Shown piece after piece: positions 38,574-47,805 of a stretch of 64,000 nt of DNA. Both the position numbers and the translations under genes were made by a program. The notes below the pieces were generated by a model. That model saw only the letters and a list, made by a program, of their open reading frames with translations, ran no database searches and was not told the DNA's origin. Source of the stretch: Parcubacteria group bacterium GW2011_GWC1_36_108 (lineage in GTDB: Bacteria > Patescibacteriota > Minisyncoccia > Moranbacterales > GWC2-37-73); NCBI GenBank assembly GCA_000991245.1, contig LBRD01000007.1, positions 37,539 through 101,538 of the forward strand. The letters are read 5' to 3'. Position 1 is the stretch's first letter; each line of letters opens with the position of its first letter.

Positions 38574-41027
38574 ATGCAAAAAAATCCTAATTTTATACAT
38601 TGGTATTATAATGAAGCAGTTTGTGATCTCTTGGAAATCTGGAAGAATTTTTTGTTTTTTGCTTGGCAACATTTTTCAATATCCGAACTTACAAAAACTC
38701 TTTTGTCTCCGTGGAGGCGCGATGTGGTTTTTTCCACTTGGGTGGGAATTCATCCGATCAAGATGCTGACAGCTCTTTTTGAAAATATTGTTTCAAGATT
38801 TTTAGGTGCGATTGTTCGCACTTTTGTTATTTTTGCGGGACTGGCTTTTTTTCTGCTGGTGCTTGTTTTTGGATTGATAATTAATATCGTCTGGCTTGGC
38901 GCTCCGCTTTTGTTGGTAGTCTTTTTCTTCTATGCTTTTAATCTTGGGATAGATTTTTATTATTCTATTGGCTTGGCGCTTGTCTGGATTGTTGGAGCGA
39001 TTTTTTTGTATTATCAAGATTCAAAGCCGCCAATGCTGCTTATGAATTTCCAGCATTTGCTCAGACACTCCGTTTTCGAAAGAATTTGTGGTCGACTTGG
39101 CATTGGACGCAAGCGTTTTCCAAAGGAGATTTTTGGCAATCAAGATCTTTTTAATGAATTTTTAAAAGCCAGGAATCTGACTGAAAAAGAATATTTGCGT
39201 CTTACTTCGATTGAATTGAAAAGACAGCAGGAAATAAATGATATGCCAAAATTTTGGCGTTGGGAATATTTGAATAAAATTCCCGCTATTGGAATGCAAT
39301 GGCGCTATGCGTATACTGTTCATTTGGATAAATATGGTTTGGATTTGTCGACAAATGATTGGAGTGAATATGCAAAGGCTGATCTTGTTGGCAGAGCAGA
39401 TGAATATGAAGTTTTGAAACTTGTGCTGGAAAGGCCTGATCAAAATTGTGCACTCTTGGTTGGAAATGCTGGAATTGGTAAAAAAACATTGATTCACTGT
39501 TTGGCCAAAAAAGTTCGTTTTAATGAAGAGATGGGAATTCTTTCCAACAAAAGAATGATCGTGCTTGATTTGGGGAGAGTGATTTCAGATGCCGTCAGCA
39601 AAGGCGAAGATGTGGAAAATTCATTGCGCAGACTTTTTTATGAGGCAAGTTATGCGGGTAATGTTGTTTTGATTATTGAACATTTTGAATATTTCTTAGG
39701 CAAAGAGGGAAGTTCTTTCCATCCTGACATTTCGGCAGTGCTTGCAGAGTTTTTGCATATTCCTACTTTTCAAATAATTGCAATATCAACACCCAAGGAA
39801 TATCATCATTTGATTGAAAAACAAGAAGAAATTGCAAAATATTTTGAAGTTATTGAAATGCGAGAGCCGTCTGAAGAGGAAACGATTGAGATTTTGCTGA
39901 ATCAACTTGAAAAATATGAACATAGGCGAGTGCTTTTTACTTTCAAGGCATTAGAGAAGATTGTGCGTGACAGTGCAAAGCATAATTGGGAGTTTCCTTT
40001 GCCGGAAAGAGCAATTGATTTGGCAATGGGTGTGCTGATGTTTTGGGAGAAAAAATCTGTCGAGCAATTTGTCACTGAAAAAACCGTGGCAGACTATTTG
40101 TCATTAAAAACTGGTGTTCCACAAGGGGAGATTGAGGGCGGAGAGAGAAAGAAATTGTTGAACCTTGAATCAATGCTGCATAGACAGGTTATTGGACAGC
40201 AAGAGGCAATCTCTCAGGTTTCTCAGGCGATGCGAAGAGCGCGCAGTGGAATTGGAAATTCTCAAAAACCAGTTGGAAGCTTTTTGTTTTTGGGACCAAC
40301 GGGAGTGGGAAAAACGGAAACTGCCAAAGCACTTGCCAAAACTTATTTCGGCGATGAAAATAAGATGATTCGTTTGGATATGAGCGAATTTCAAACTCCG
40401 AATTCTATTGATAGGCTGTTGGGTTCTAGTCAACTCAATCAACCAGGGAGATTGGTCACACAAATTAAAGACAATCCATACTCTTTGCTTTTGCTTGATG
40501 AAATAGAAAAAGCTTATCCGGAAATTCTGAATATATTTTTGCAAATCTTGGATGAAGGATATGTTAATGATGCTTTCGGCGAGAAGATAAATTTTCGCAA
40601 CACGATGATTATTGCAACTTCAAATGCAGGAGCTTCGCTTATCAAGGAGATGGTGGAGCAGGAGCGTCCGGCAGAAGAAATCAAGCAAGCTGTTATTGAT
40701 TGGACGATTAAAAATAACATTTTCCGCACTGAATTTCTGAATCGTTTTGAAGGAGTGATTTTCTTCCGACCGCTTAATGAAATTGAATTAAAAAGCGTTG
40801 TGCGTTTGCAATTGCAAAAATTTGTTCGCAGATTGGCAAAAGAAAAAAATATCGAGCTGGTTTATCAAGAAAATATTATTGAGAAGATTATTCAAAAAGG
40901 ATACAATCCAATTTTTGGAGCAAGATCGCTTAATCGATATATCGAAGATGAAATTGAAAGCATCGTGGCTAAAAAAATAATCTCTGGTGAAACATTGAGC
41001 GGGGAGAAAATCACGCTGTCACTTTGA
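38574..41027 (+). CDS. Membrane-anchored ClpA/B-like AAA+ ATPase
   Basis: N-terminal TMs; degenerate NBD1 (GNAGIGKKT, IIEH); intact NBD2 (GPTGVGKT, LLLDEIEK, RLDMSEF, GARSL). Confidence 0.85.
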   Translation: MQKNPNFIHWYYNEAVCDLLEIWKNFLFFAWQHFSISELTKTLLSPWRRDVVFSTWVGIHPIKMLTALFENIVSRFLGAIVRTFVIFAGLAFFLLVLVFGLIINIVWLGAPLLLVVFFFYAFNLGIDFYYSIGLALVWIVGAIFLYYQDSKPPMLLMNFQHLLRHSVFERICGRLGIGRKRFPKEIFGNQDLFNEFLKARNLTEKEYLRLTSIELKRQQEINDMPKFWRWEYLNKIPAIGMQWRYAYTVHLDKYGLDLSTNDWSEYAKADLVGRADEYEVLKLVLERPDQNCALLVGNAGIGKKTLIHCLAKKVRFNEEMGILSNKRMIVLDLGRVISDAVSKGEDVENSLRRLFYEASYAGNVVLIIEHFEYFLGKEGSSFHPDISAVLAEFLHIPTFQIIAISTPKEYHHLIEKQEEIAKYFEVIEMREPSEEETIEILLNQLEKYEHRRVLFTFKALEKIVRDSAKHNWEFPLPERAIDLAMGVLMFWEKKSVEQFVTEKTVADYLSLKTGVPQGEIEGGERKKLLNLESMLHRQVIGQQEAISQVSQAMRRARSGIGNSQKPVGSFLFLGPTGVGKTETAKALAKTYFGDENKMIRLDMSEFQTPNSIDRLLGSSQLNQPGRLVTQIKDNPYSLLLLDEIEKAYPEILNIFLQILDEGYVNDAFGEKINFRNTMIIATSNAGASLIKEMVEQERPAEEIKQAVIDWTIKNNIFRTEFLNRFEGVIFFRPLNEIELKSVVRLQLQKFVRRLAKEKNIELVYQENIIEKIIQKGYNPIFGARSLNRYIEDEIESIVAKKIISGETLSGEKITLSL

Positions 41028-41112
41028 AATCATATAACATATAACATATAGCATATAACAAAAATGCTTAAAACTGGCGTAAGAGTTTTTTATATTGTAT
41101 GATATATGGTAT

Positions 41113-42288
41113 ATGAAAATATTAGTCATCGCGCCTACACCGTTTTTTGCGGATCGTGGGACACATATTCGAATATTGGAAGAATCGCTGGCTTTGGAAA
41201 AGCGTGGGCATCAAATTACGATAGCAACGTATCATATTGGAAGGGATATTCATTCGGATGTCGAAACCAACATCGACGTTCGTCGCATCAGGAGGCTTCT
41301 TTTTTGGTATAAAAAGCTGGAAGCTGGACCTGATTGGCAAAAGATTTTTCTTGATATTATGCTTATTCGAAAAGCCTTTTATTTGGCGCGCACTCAAAAG
41401 CCGGATGTTATTCACGGGCATTTGCACGAAGGAGTTTTGATTGGTTGGATTGTGAAAAAAGCTCTTTTTTGGAGAAAAATGAAATTGGTCGCAGATTTTC
41501 ACGGAAGTCTTACCAAAGAAATGGCATCGCATAGCTATCTGAAAGGAGGAATTCTTAAAAAGATATTTTTTGAAATTGAAAAATGGATTGATAATTTGGG
41601 AGACAGTGCGCTGACTAGTAGTGAAGAAAACACCAAGGACATTGCAAAGCTTCGCGAGGATCATAACGTGACAACTGTTTTGGATGGAGTTAACCTTGCT
41701 TGCTATGAAAATAATTTGAGCAAAATTGAACTTAAAAAAGAATTTGAATTATCCTTGGACAAAACAATAGTGACATACGCTGGTGCTCTTATCTTTAATA
41801 AAGGCATTGAATATTTGATGGACGCAATTCCGAAAGTGCTTGAGAAAAATAAAAATGTGTATTTTGTTATTGCGGGATTTCCAATCGAGGATGTGACAAA
41901 ATTTGTGAAAGTAAATAGATTATCAGAAAATGTGCGCATAATAAGCCCGCTCAACTATTTTGATTTGCCAAAGGTGTTAATGGCTAGTGATATTGGCGTA
42001 GATCCAAAAGACTCAATGACGCTTCAGGCTAGTGGAAAAATTTTGCAATATATGGCAGCAGGATTGCCAGTCGTTTGTTTTGATCGTCCAAACAATCGAG
42101 CATATTTGGGAGAGGGTGGGGAATACTCAAGAGAAATTTCTGCCGTATGCTTGGCTGACAGTATTCTCTCTCTTGCAAATGAACCGCAAAAAATGGAATA
42201 TAAAGGACAATTGAACAAGCAGCAGATAAAAAAATTCAGTTGGGATATCTCAGCACAAAAAATTGAAGAAATTTATAATAATATTTAA
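41113..42288 (+). CDS. Glycosyltransferase family 4
   Basis: KGI, KILQYMAAGLPVV, FSW motifs. Confidence 0.88.
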   Translation: MKILVIAPTPFFADRGTHIRILEESLALEKRGHQITIATYHIGRDIHSDVETNIDVRRIRRLLFWYKKLEAGPDWQKIFLDIMLIRKAFYLARTQKPDVIHGHLHEGVLIGWIVKKALFWRKMKLVADFHGSLTKEMASHSYLKGGILKKIFFEIEKWIDNLGDSALTSSEENTKDIAKLREDHNVTTVLDGVNLACYENNLSKIELKKEFELSLDKTIVTYAGALIFNKGIEYLMDAIPKVLEKNKNVYFVIAGFPIEDVTKFVKVNRLSENVRIISPLNYFDLPKVLMASDIGVDPKDSMTLQASGKILQYMAAGLPVVCFDRPNNRAYLGEGGEYSREISAVCLADSILSLANEPQKMEYKGQLNKQQIKKFSWDISAQKIEEIYNNI

Positions 42289-42297
42289 AAATAAAAA

Positions 42298-43785
42298 ATG
42301 AGTAATAAAGACCAATACAAAATTAACCGTTTAGATAATAATGGAATTGATCAACTTGCGCACCTAAATCCTTCAAAAAAACAAAAAATATCAAAATTAA
42401 AAACATTTAATCGTAAAAAAATCATAATAATCAGTATTATTGTTTTTGTATGTGTTGGTGGATATTATGCCTTCTCTTATGCTGCTGCAAATAAGCGTAT
42501 TATTGCGATATCTTCTTTTTCTGCATTGAGTAATGTATCCAAGTTTCTTCCGATAGGGCAGGATGAAAAAAAGGAAATCGAGGTTTTAAATGCTATTGTG
42601 ACAGAATTTACCAAAAATGATGATCAGGAAAAAAGTTTCTTGATTATGCTGCAAAATGAAGCAGAACTTCGTCCGGGCGGTGGATTTTTGGGCCAATATG
42701 CGATTGTGAAAACGAAAAATGGTGAAATTATTTCGACATTTGTTGAAGACGCAAATCTTTTGGATCAACGCATTTCGGCAAAAATTCCAGCCCCGTTTCC
42801 TTTCAAGAGAATGATGCAAATTAAAAATTGGAAATTTCGCGACTCAAACTTTTCGCCGGATTTTCCAACTAATGTTGAAAAGGCAAAATATTTTTTCAGA
42901 TTAGCAGGAAGAAGTTCAGCTGGTTTTGATGGTGTGGTGGCTGTTAATTCGGAAGTTTTTGATAATGTTATTGGACTCACTGGTCCAATAACCGTCCCAG
43001 GATATTCCGGAGAATATACTCAGGAAAATGCTTCACGCAAATTGGAAGAACAAGTTGAAAAAGCCTACATTATGAATCCTGAAATTGATACCCAGAATCG
43101 TAAGGCGATTATAAAAAAAATGGCGCCAATAATTTTGGATAAGTTGCTCACGGTTGGAAATATCACAAAGGTTGCAGATCTTTTTCATAATGAATTGAAA
43201 AATAGAAATGTGATGATTAATTTTTCTGATCCAAATTTGCAAAAGATGGTCGAAAGTGTTCATTGGGATGGTGCTATGCCAAAAGACTGGGGAGGGGATT
43301 ATCTAATGGCAGTTGATGCAAATATGGGCGCACTCAAATCAGATTTTTATGTTAAGCGTGAAATGATTTATGATATTGATTTGACTCAGCCAAAGCCCCT
43401 GGTAACGTTGAATATAAAATATAAACACACCGCTCCATATGGCGATTGGCGCACGAGCGATTATCATTCCTATTTAAGGGTATATGCACCGCAAGGTTCA
43501 AATTTTTTGGAGAGCAATATGGTAAGTCATTTGAGCACTGCTGATGAATTTGGTAAAACATATTTTGGTTTTATGTGTCACGTGCTTATTGGGCAAGAAA
43601 CAAATGCGACAATAAAATATGAATTGCCAGAATCTTTCAGTAATATTGCTGATTATAAATTGCTCATTCAAAAACAATCAGGCGCTGGAGATGTTCCTAT
43701 TTCAGTTAATGTGAAAACAAAAGACGAACAATATTCTCAACAGCAAACACTTACCAATGACATTAGATTTGAATATGAAAAATAG
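42298..43785 (+). CDS. DUF4012-like membrane-anchored protein
   Basis: QNEAELRPGGGF, RDSNFSPDF, DANMGALKSD, YLRVY motifs. Confidence 0.8.
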   Translation: MSNKDQYKINRLDNNGIDQLAHLNPSKKQKISKLKTFNRKKIIIISIIVFVCVGGYYAFSYAAANKRIIAISSFSALSNVSKFLPIGQDEKKEIEVLNAIVTEFTKNDDQEKSFLIMLQNEAELRPGGGFLGQYAIVKTKNGEIISTFVEDANLLDQRISAKIPAPFPFKRMMQIKNWKFRDSNFSPDFPTNVEKAKYFFRLAGRSSAGFDGVVAVNSEVFDNVIGLTGPITVPGYSGEYTQENASRKLEEQVEKAYIMNPEIDTQNRKAIIKKMAPIILDKLLTVGNITKVADLFHNELKNRNVMINFSDPNLQKMVESVHWDGAMPKDWGGDYLMAVDANMGALKSDFYVKREMIYDIDLTQPKPLVTLNIKYKHTAPYGDWRTSDYHSYLRVYAPQGSNFLESNMVSHLSTADEFGKTYFGFMCHVLIGQETNATIKYELPESFSNIADYKLLIQKQSGAGDVPISVNVKTKDEQYSQQQTLTNDIRFEYEK

Positions 43786-43885
43786 TTTATAAGGTTTGTA
43801 AAGTTAAATACGAAATACTTGCTACAAAGAAGCTTATACGGCATTTATGTTGTATGTTATATGCTATGTGGTACAATGAATTCAT

Positions 43886-45064
43886 ATGAAATTGCTACTA
43901 ATTAAGGCTGGAAAAATCTTTAAAACAATTCAAAGGGAAGGTATTTTTAGGGGCGGAAAACGGGTTATTCTAGCTATTTTTGCTATGTTTCGTTTCGTAG
44001 GAAGTGGCGATGTTTTGTTTATTGCCGGAGGCGTTGGAGACAGTGCTCGCTATCGTGATCATCACGTGGCTGAAGAATTAGAGATTCAAGGTTTAAAATG
44101 TTCAATTACTGTTCAAGATAATCCATTTTTGCCAAATTATGCTGACAAATTCAAGGTGTTTGTTTTTCATCGAGTTTTATTTTCTCCAAGCGTAAAAAAG
44201 CTGATTGAAAAAATAAAAGAGCAGAAAAAAGAGATCATTTTTGAGACAGACGATTTGGTTTATGATCCAAAATTTTTAGAGTATATGGATGGGTTCAAAA
44301 CAATGAATTATCTTGAAAAAAAATTATACGAAAATGGAGTTGGAGGAGAAATTTTGGCTGATCCATATGTTAAGGTTTGCAGCACAACCACAACTTATCT
44401 TGCTGACAAATTGCGCCAGCAGAATAAAAAAGTTTTTATTGTTCCAAACAAGCTTTCAAGAAGGGATGTGGAAGTCGCAGATATAGTAACAAACAACAAA
44501 CAACAAACAACTGACAACAAAATCAATCTGGGATATTTCTCAGGAACACTTTCGCATAATAAAGATTTTGCTACCATCACTGAGGCTCTTGTGCAGATAA
44601 TGGAGAAAAATGAAAATGTTGAATTATTCTTGGTTGGACCACTTGATATTGAAAATGAACTGAACAAATTTGCTAGCAGAATAAAACAGTTGCCATATGT
44701 GACGCGCGAAAAACATTTTGGCAACTTGGCAAGTGTTGATATTAATTTGGTACCACTGGAAATTGGCAATCCATTTTGCGAATCAAAATCAGAACTGAAA
44801 TTTTTTGAAGCAGGAATTGTGGGCGTGCCAACAGTGGCAGCTGCCACAGCGCCTTTTGTTGAGGCCATCGCTGATGGCGTTGATGGTTTTGTTGCTAATG
44901 GCACCGAGCAATGGATTGAAAAAATAGAAAATCTTATTCTGGATGAAAATTTGCGAATTGAAATCGGAGAAAAAGCCCGCGAAAAAGCACTGAGTCGATA
45001 TACAACGACTAATGCCACAAATAAGAATTACTATGATTATTTGAAGAGCAAGATAAAAAGATAA
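43886..45064 (+). CDS. Glycosyltransferase (GT-B) with an in-frame heptamer insertion
   Basis: SARYR, ETDD, GYFSGT.SH, KSELKFFEA motifs. Confidence 0.85.
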   Translation: MKLLLIKAGKIFKTIQREGIFRGGKRVILAIFAMFRFVGSGDVLFIAGGVGDSARYRDHHVAEELEIQGLKCSITVQDNPFLPNYADKFKVFVFHRVLFSPSVKKLIEKIKEQKKEIIFETDDLVYDPKFLEYMDGFKTMNYLEKKLYENGVGGEILADPYVKVCSTTTTYLADKLRQQNKKVFIVPNKLSRRDVEVADIVTNNKQQTTDNKINLGYFSGTLSHNKDFATITEALVQIMEKNENVELFLVGPLDIENELNKFASRIKQLPYVTREKHFGNLASVDINLVPLEIGNPFCESKSELKFFEAGIVGVPTVAAATAPFVEAIADGVDGFVANGTEQWIEKIENLILDENLRIEIGEKAREKALSRYTTTNATNKNYYDYLKSKIKR

Positions 45065-45182
45065 GACAATGCCAAATTAAAAATTAAAAATTTCAAATGA
45101 ATGACCAATGATAAAATGTTTAAAATTGGAAATTTGAGAATTTGAAATTGATTTGTAATTTGATATTTGTAATTTGAAATTT

Positions 45183-46139
45183 ATGCAAATTCTCGTTACT
45201 GGTGGTGCTGGCTTTATTGGAAGTAATGTTACAAAAAAATTATTGGAGCGCGGAGACTCTGTTGTTTGCGTGGATGAGTTTAATGATTATTATTCTCCAA
45301 AAATAAAGGAACTTAATGTTGCTCAATTTGCTGATAATCCAAATTTTACATTGTATCGTGGAAGCATTACGGATTATGAATTTTTGAAAACTGTTTTTGA
45401 AAAAGAAAACATTCAAAGAGTTGTGCACGCAGCAGCTCGAGCGGGTGTGCGACCGAGCATTGAAAATCCTTTCATATATGAAGACACGAACGTGAAAGGC
45501 ACGCTTAATCTTTTGCATTTAGCTAAGGAATTTAAGATTGAAAATTTTGTATTGTTTAGTTCATCTTCGGTGTATGGAAATTCCTCAAAAGTGCCATTTT
45601 CCGAAAATGAGGTGGTAGATTGTCCCATTTCACCCTATGCGGCCACCAAGAAGGCCACAGAGCTTCTAGGATACACATACCACCATTTATACCACCTCAA
45701 TGTAAATGTTGTACGTCCCTTCACAGTCTACGGGCCCGGTGGACGGCCTGATATGTTTCCATTTTTAGCCACCAAATTGATTGATGAAGGCTTGGAAGTG
45801 AAGCGTTTTGGAGACGGCTCAACTCGCAGAGATTACACTTTTATTGATGATTTGGTTGATGGGGTGGTGGCTGCACTCGACACGATTTTGGGATATGAAA
45901 TTTTCAACCTTGGAAATTCAAACACTGTCGAGCTTAATTATTTTATCTCCACGGTGGAAAAAATTCTTGGCAAAAACGCCAACATCAAAGAATATCCAAT
46001 GCAACCAGGGGATGTCCTGATCACAAACGCCGACCTCACCAAATCTCGAAAACTTCTCGGCTACAATCCGAAGGTAAAGATTGAAGAGGGAATGAGTATT
46101 TTTATAAAGTGGTATCAAGAAAACAAAAATCTTTACTAA
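45183..46139 (+). CDS. NAD-dependent sugar epimerase (UDP-glucuronate 4-epimerase-like)
   Basis: GGAGFIG, AGVRPS, YAATK, GRPDM motifs. Confidence 0.9.
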   Translation: MQILVTGGAGFIGSNVTKKLLERGDSVVCVDEFNDYYSPKIKELNVAQFADNPNFTLYRGSITDYEFLKTVFEKENIQRVVHAAARAGVRPSIENPFIYEDTNVKGTLNLLHLAKEFKIENFVLFSSSSVYGNSSKVPFSENEVVDCPISPYAATKKATELLGYTYHHLYHLNVNVVRPFTVYGPGGRPDMFPFLATKLIDEGLEVKRFGDGSTRRDYTFIDDLVDGVVAALDTILGYEIFNLGNSNTVELNYFISTVEKILGKNANIKEYPMQPGDVLITNADLTKSRKLLGYNPKVKIEEGMSIFIKWYQENKNLY

Positions 46140-46146
46140 GATTTTT

Positions 46147-46172
46147 GTAACATGTAACATATAACATGTAAC
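46147..46172 (+). repeat. Heptamer array (TAACATR)n, left of the four-helix gene
   Basis: GTAACATGTAACATATAACATGTAAC. Confidence 0.8.
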
Positions 46173-46176
46173 AAAA

Positions 46177-46539
46177 ATGCAAAACAAAAAATTTCACGAT
46201 GAATTAAAGAGAAAAATGGATGATTACGCTTTTGGTGTTTATGCTATAACTAAAAAATTTCCTAAGGACGAGATTTATGGCATAACATCACAACTGCGTA
46301 GATCTGCATTATCTGTTATACTGAACTATATAGAAGGATTTGCTAGAACTGGAGATAAGCAATTGAAAAATTTCCTAAATATTTCTTATGGCTCTCTTAA
46401 GGAGTCAAAATATTTACTTTATTTCTCAAAAAGAGAAGGATATATTGAAAATTTGGAATATGAAAAATTAATTAATTTATCTGAAGAAATTGGGGCAATG
46501 CTATGGACAACAATAAATGGTCTCAAGGAAAAATGTTGA
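46177..46539 (+). CDS. Four-helix bundle protein (23S rRNA IVS protein / Avd-like family)
   Basis: FPKDEIYGITSQLRRSALSVILNYIEG, SYGSLKE motifs. Confidence 0.9.
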   Translation: MQNKKFHDELKRKMDDYAFGVYAITKKFPKDEIYGITSQLRRSALSVILNYIEGFARTGDKQLKNFLNISYGSLKESKYLLYFSKREGYIENLEYEKLINLSEEIGAMLWTTINGLKEKC

Positions 46540-46547
46540 GCCAGAAA

Positions 46548-46581
46548 GTTGTTATATGTTATATGCTATATGTTATATGTT
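46548..46581 (-). repeat. Inverted heptamer array (GTTATAT)n, right of the four-helix gene
   Basis: GTTGTTATATGTTATATGCTATATGTTATATGTT. Confidence 0.8.
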
Positions 46582-47353
46582 GAAACATGAAAACTATAAG
46601 GAACTCATCTGGGCGCTTGCAAAAACTGATTTTAAACTTCGTTATCACGGAAGTGTTTTGGGATATTTGTGGGCGCTGCTCAAGCCGCTGCTGACTTTCG
46701 CGGTGATGAATTTTGTTTTTTCTTCAATGTTTAACCCTCGGGGAACAGGGATGAGTACATATTCATTGCAGTTGTTGGTTGCGCTTATGATGTTTTATTT
46801 TTTCTCTGAAGGAACGACAGCAGGAATGAGTTCACTTTTATCAAAAGCTCAACTTGTAACCAAAATTTATGTCCCACGCTGGACGATTATTATTGCTTCT
46901 ACAATCAACGCAACTCTAATATTCCTGATGAATCTTGTCGTGATTGTTTTTTTCTTTGCGCTTAAAGGTTTCATGCCGAGCATTCCAGCAATCCTTTTGT
47001 TTTTAATGTTTTCAATTTTCATATATATCATCGTTCTTTCTTTTTCACTCATTACTGCACCGCTCTATGTCAAATTTCGCGACCTGGCGATGATCTGGGA
47101 AGTTCTTTTAATGATAATTTTGTACGCGTCGCCGATTATTTATCCTTTAGTAACTTTGCCGGCAGCATATCATAAATTTATTCTGCTTAATCCTCTGGCT
47201 TTTATTATTCACTTTACCAAGGAATCGCTCATCAACAATCATTTTGCTAGCCCTTCACAATATGTAGTGTTTGTCGCCATAGTTTTTGGCGCCTTCGCCC
47301 TAAGCATCTTTTCATATCGTAAATTTATTCCAAAAGTTGCCGAAGAAATCTAG
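46577..47353 (+). CDS. wzm: ABC-2 polysaccharide export permease
   Basis: DFKLRYHGSVLGYLW, KFRDL, PIIYP, LNP motifs. Confidence 0.9.
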   Translation: MLKHENYKELIWALAKTDFKLRYHGSVLGYLWALLKPLLTFAVMNFVFSSMFNPRGTGMSTYSLQLLVALMMFYFFSEGTTAGMSSLLSKAQLVTKIYVPRWTIIIASTINATLIFLMNLVVIVFFFALKGFMPSIPAILLFLMFSIFIYIIVLSFSLITAPLYVKFRDLAMIWEVLLMIILYASPIIYPLVTLPAAYHKFILLNPLAFIIHFTKESLINNHFASPSQYVVFVAIVFGAFALSIFSYRKFIPKVAEEI

Positions 47354-47395
47354 AAACCATATAACATATAGCATAAAACATATAACACTTGTAAA

Positions 47396-47431
47396 AACAA
47401 AACCTTGTCGCGCTGACAAGGTTTTTGTTTT
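47396..47431 (+). terminator. Intrinsic terminator
   Basis: AAAACCTTGTC-GCGCT-GACAAGGTTTT. Confidence 0.75.
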
Positions 47432-47471
47432 GTGATATAATATCAATGTTGGTAGTTTATAAATATTAATC

Positions 47472-47517
47472 ACCCAGAGTTAAATAATATTTTGATTACA
47501 AAATAATTTAACAGGGT
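47472..47517. repeat. ACCC..GTTAAAT-family element
   Basis: ACCCAGAGTTAAAT...ATTTAACAGGGT. Confidence 0.65.
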
Positions 47518-47529
47518 AAATAAAAAAAT

Positions 47530-47805
47530 ATGTTTTCATTAAGTCCAGATATTGAAATAGGAGCCATGCTTTTTTTGATAGGCATCGCTTTTATTTGCTC
47601 ACTCGTGTACGCTTTTTTTGCCAAAGAAAAAATTAAAGCATTAGTGGTTTTTTCAGTGCTTAGTAATATGATTTTATGGTTGTTTATTTTGATAGGATCA
47701 AGACTTTTTTATTTTTATGATATCCTATGGTTCAGAGTTTTTTCTGTTTTCTTTTGGCCGGTTATTAACATCTATTTAATCATTAAAGTGTTTTCAAAAA
47801 AATGA
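47530..47805 (+). CDS. Small three-TM membrane protein
   Basis: Hydrophobic ORF overlapping the next start (ATGA). Confidence 0.7.
   Translation: MFSLSPDIEIGAMLFLIGIAFICSLVYAFFAKEKIKALVVFSVLSNMILWLFILIGSRLFYFYDILWFRVFSVFFWPVINIYLIIKVFSKK

Noticed and set aside
46177-46539. Diversity-generating retroelement (Avd-like gene)
   Set aside because: No reverse transcriptase and no TR/VR pair with adenine-specific mismatches in the window
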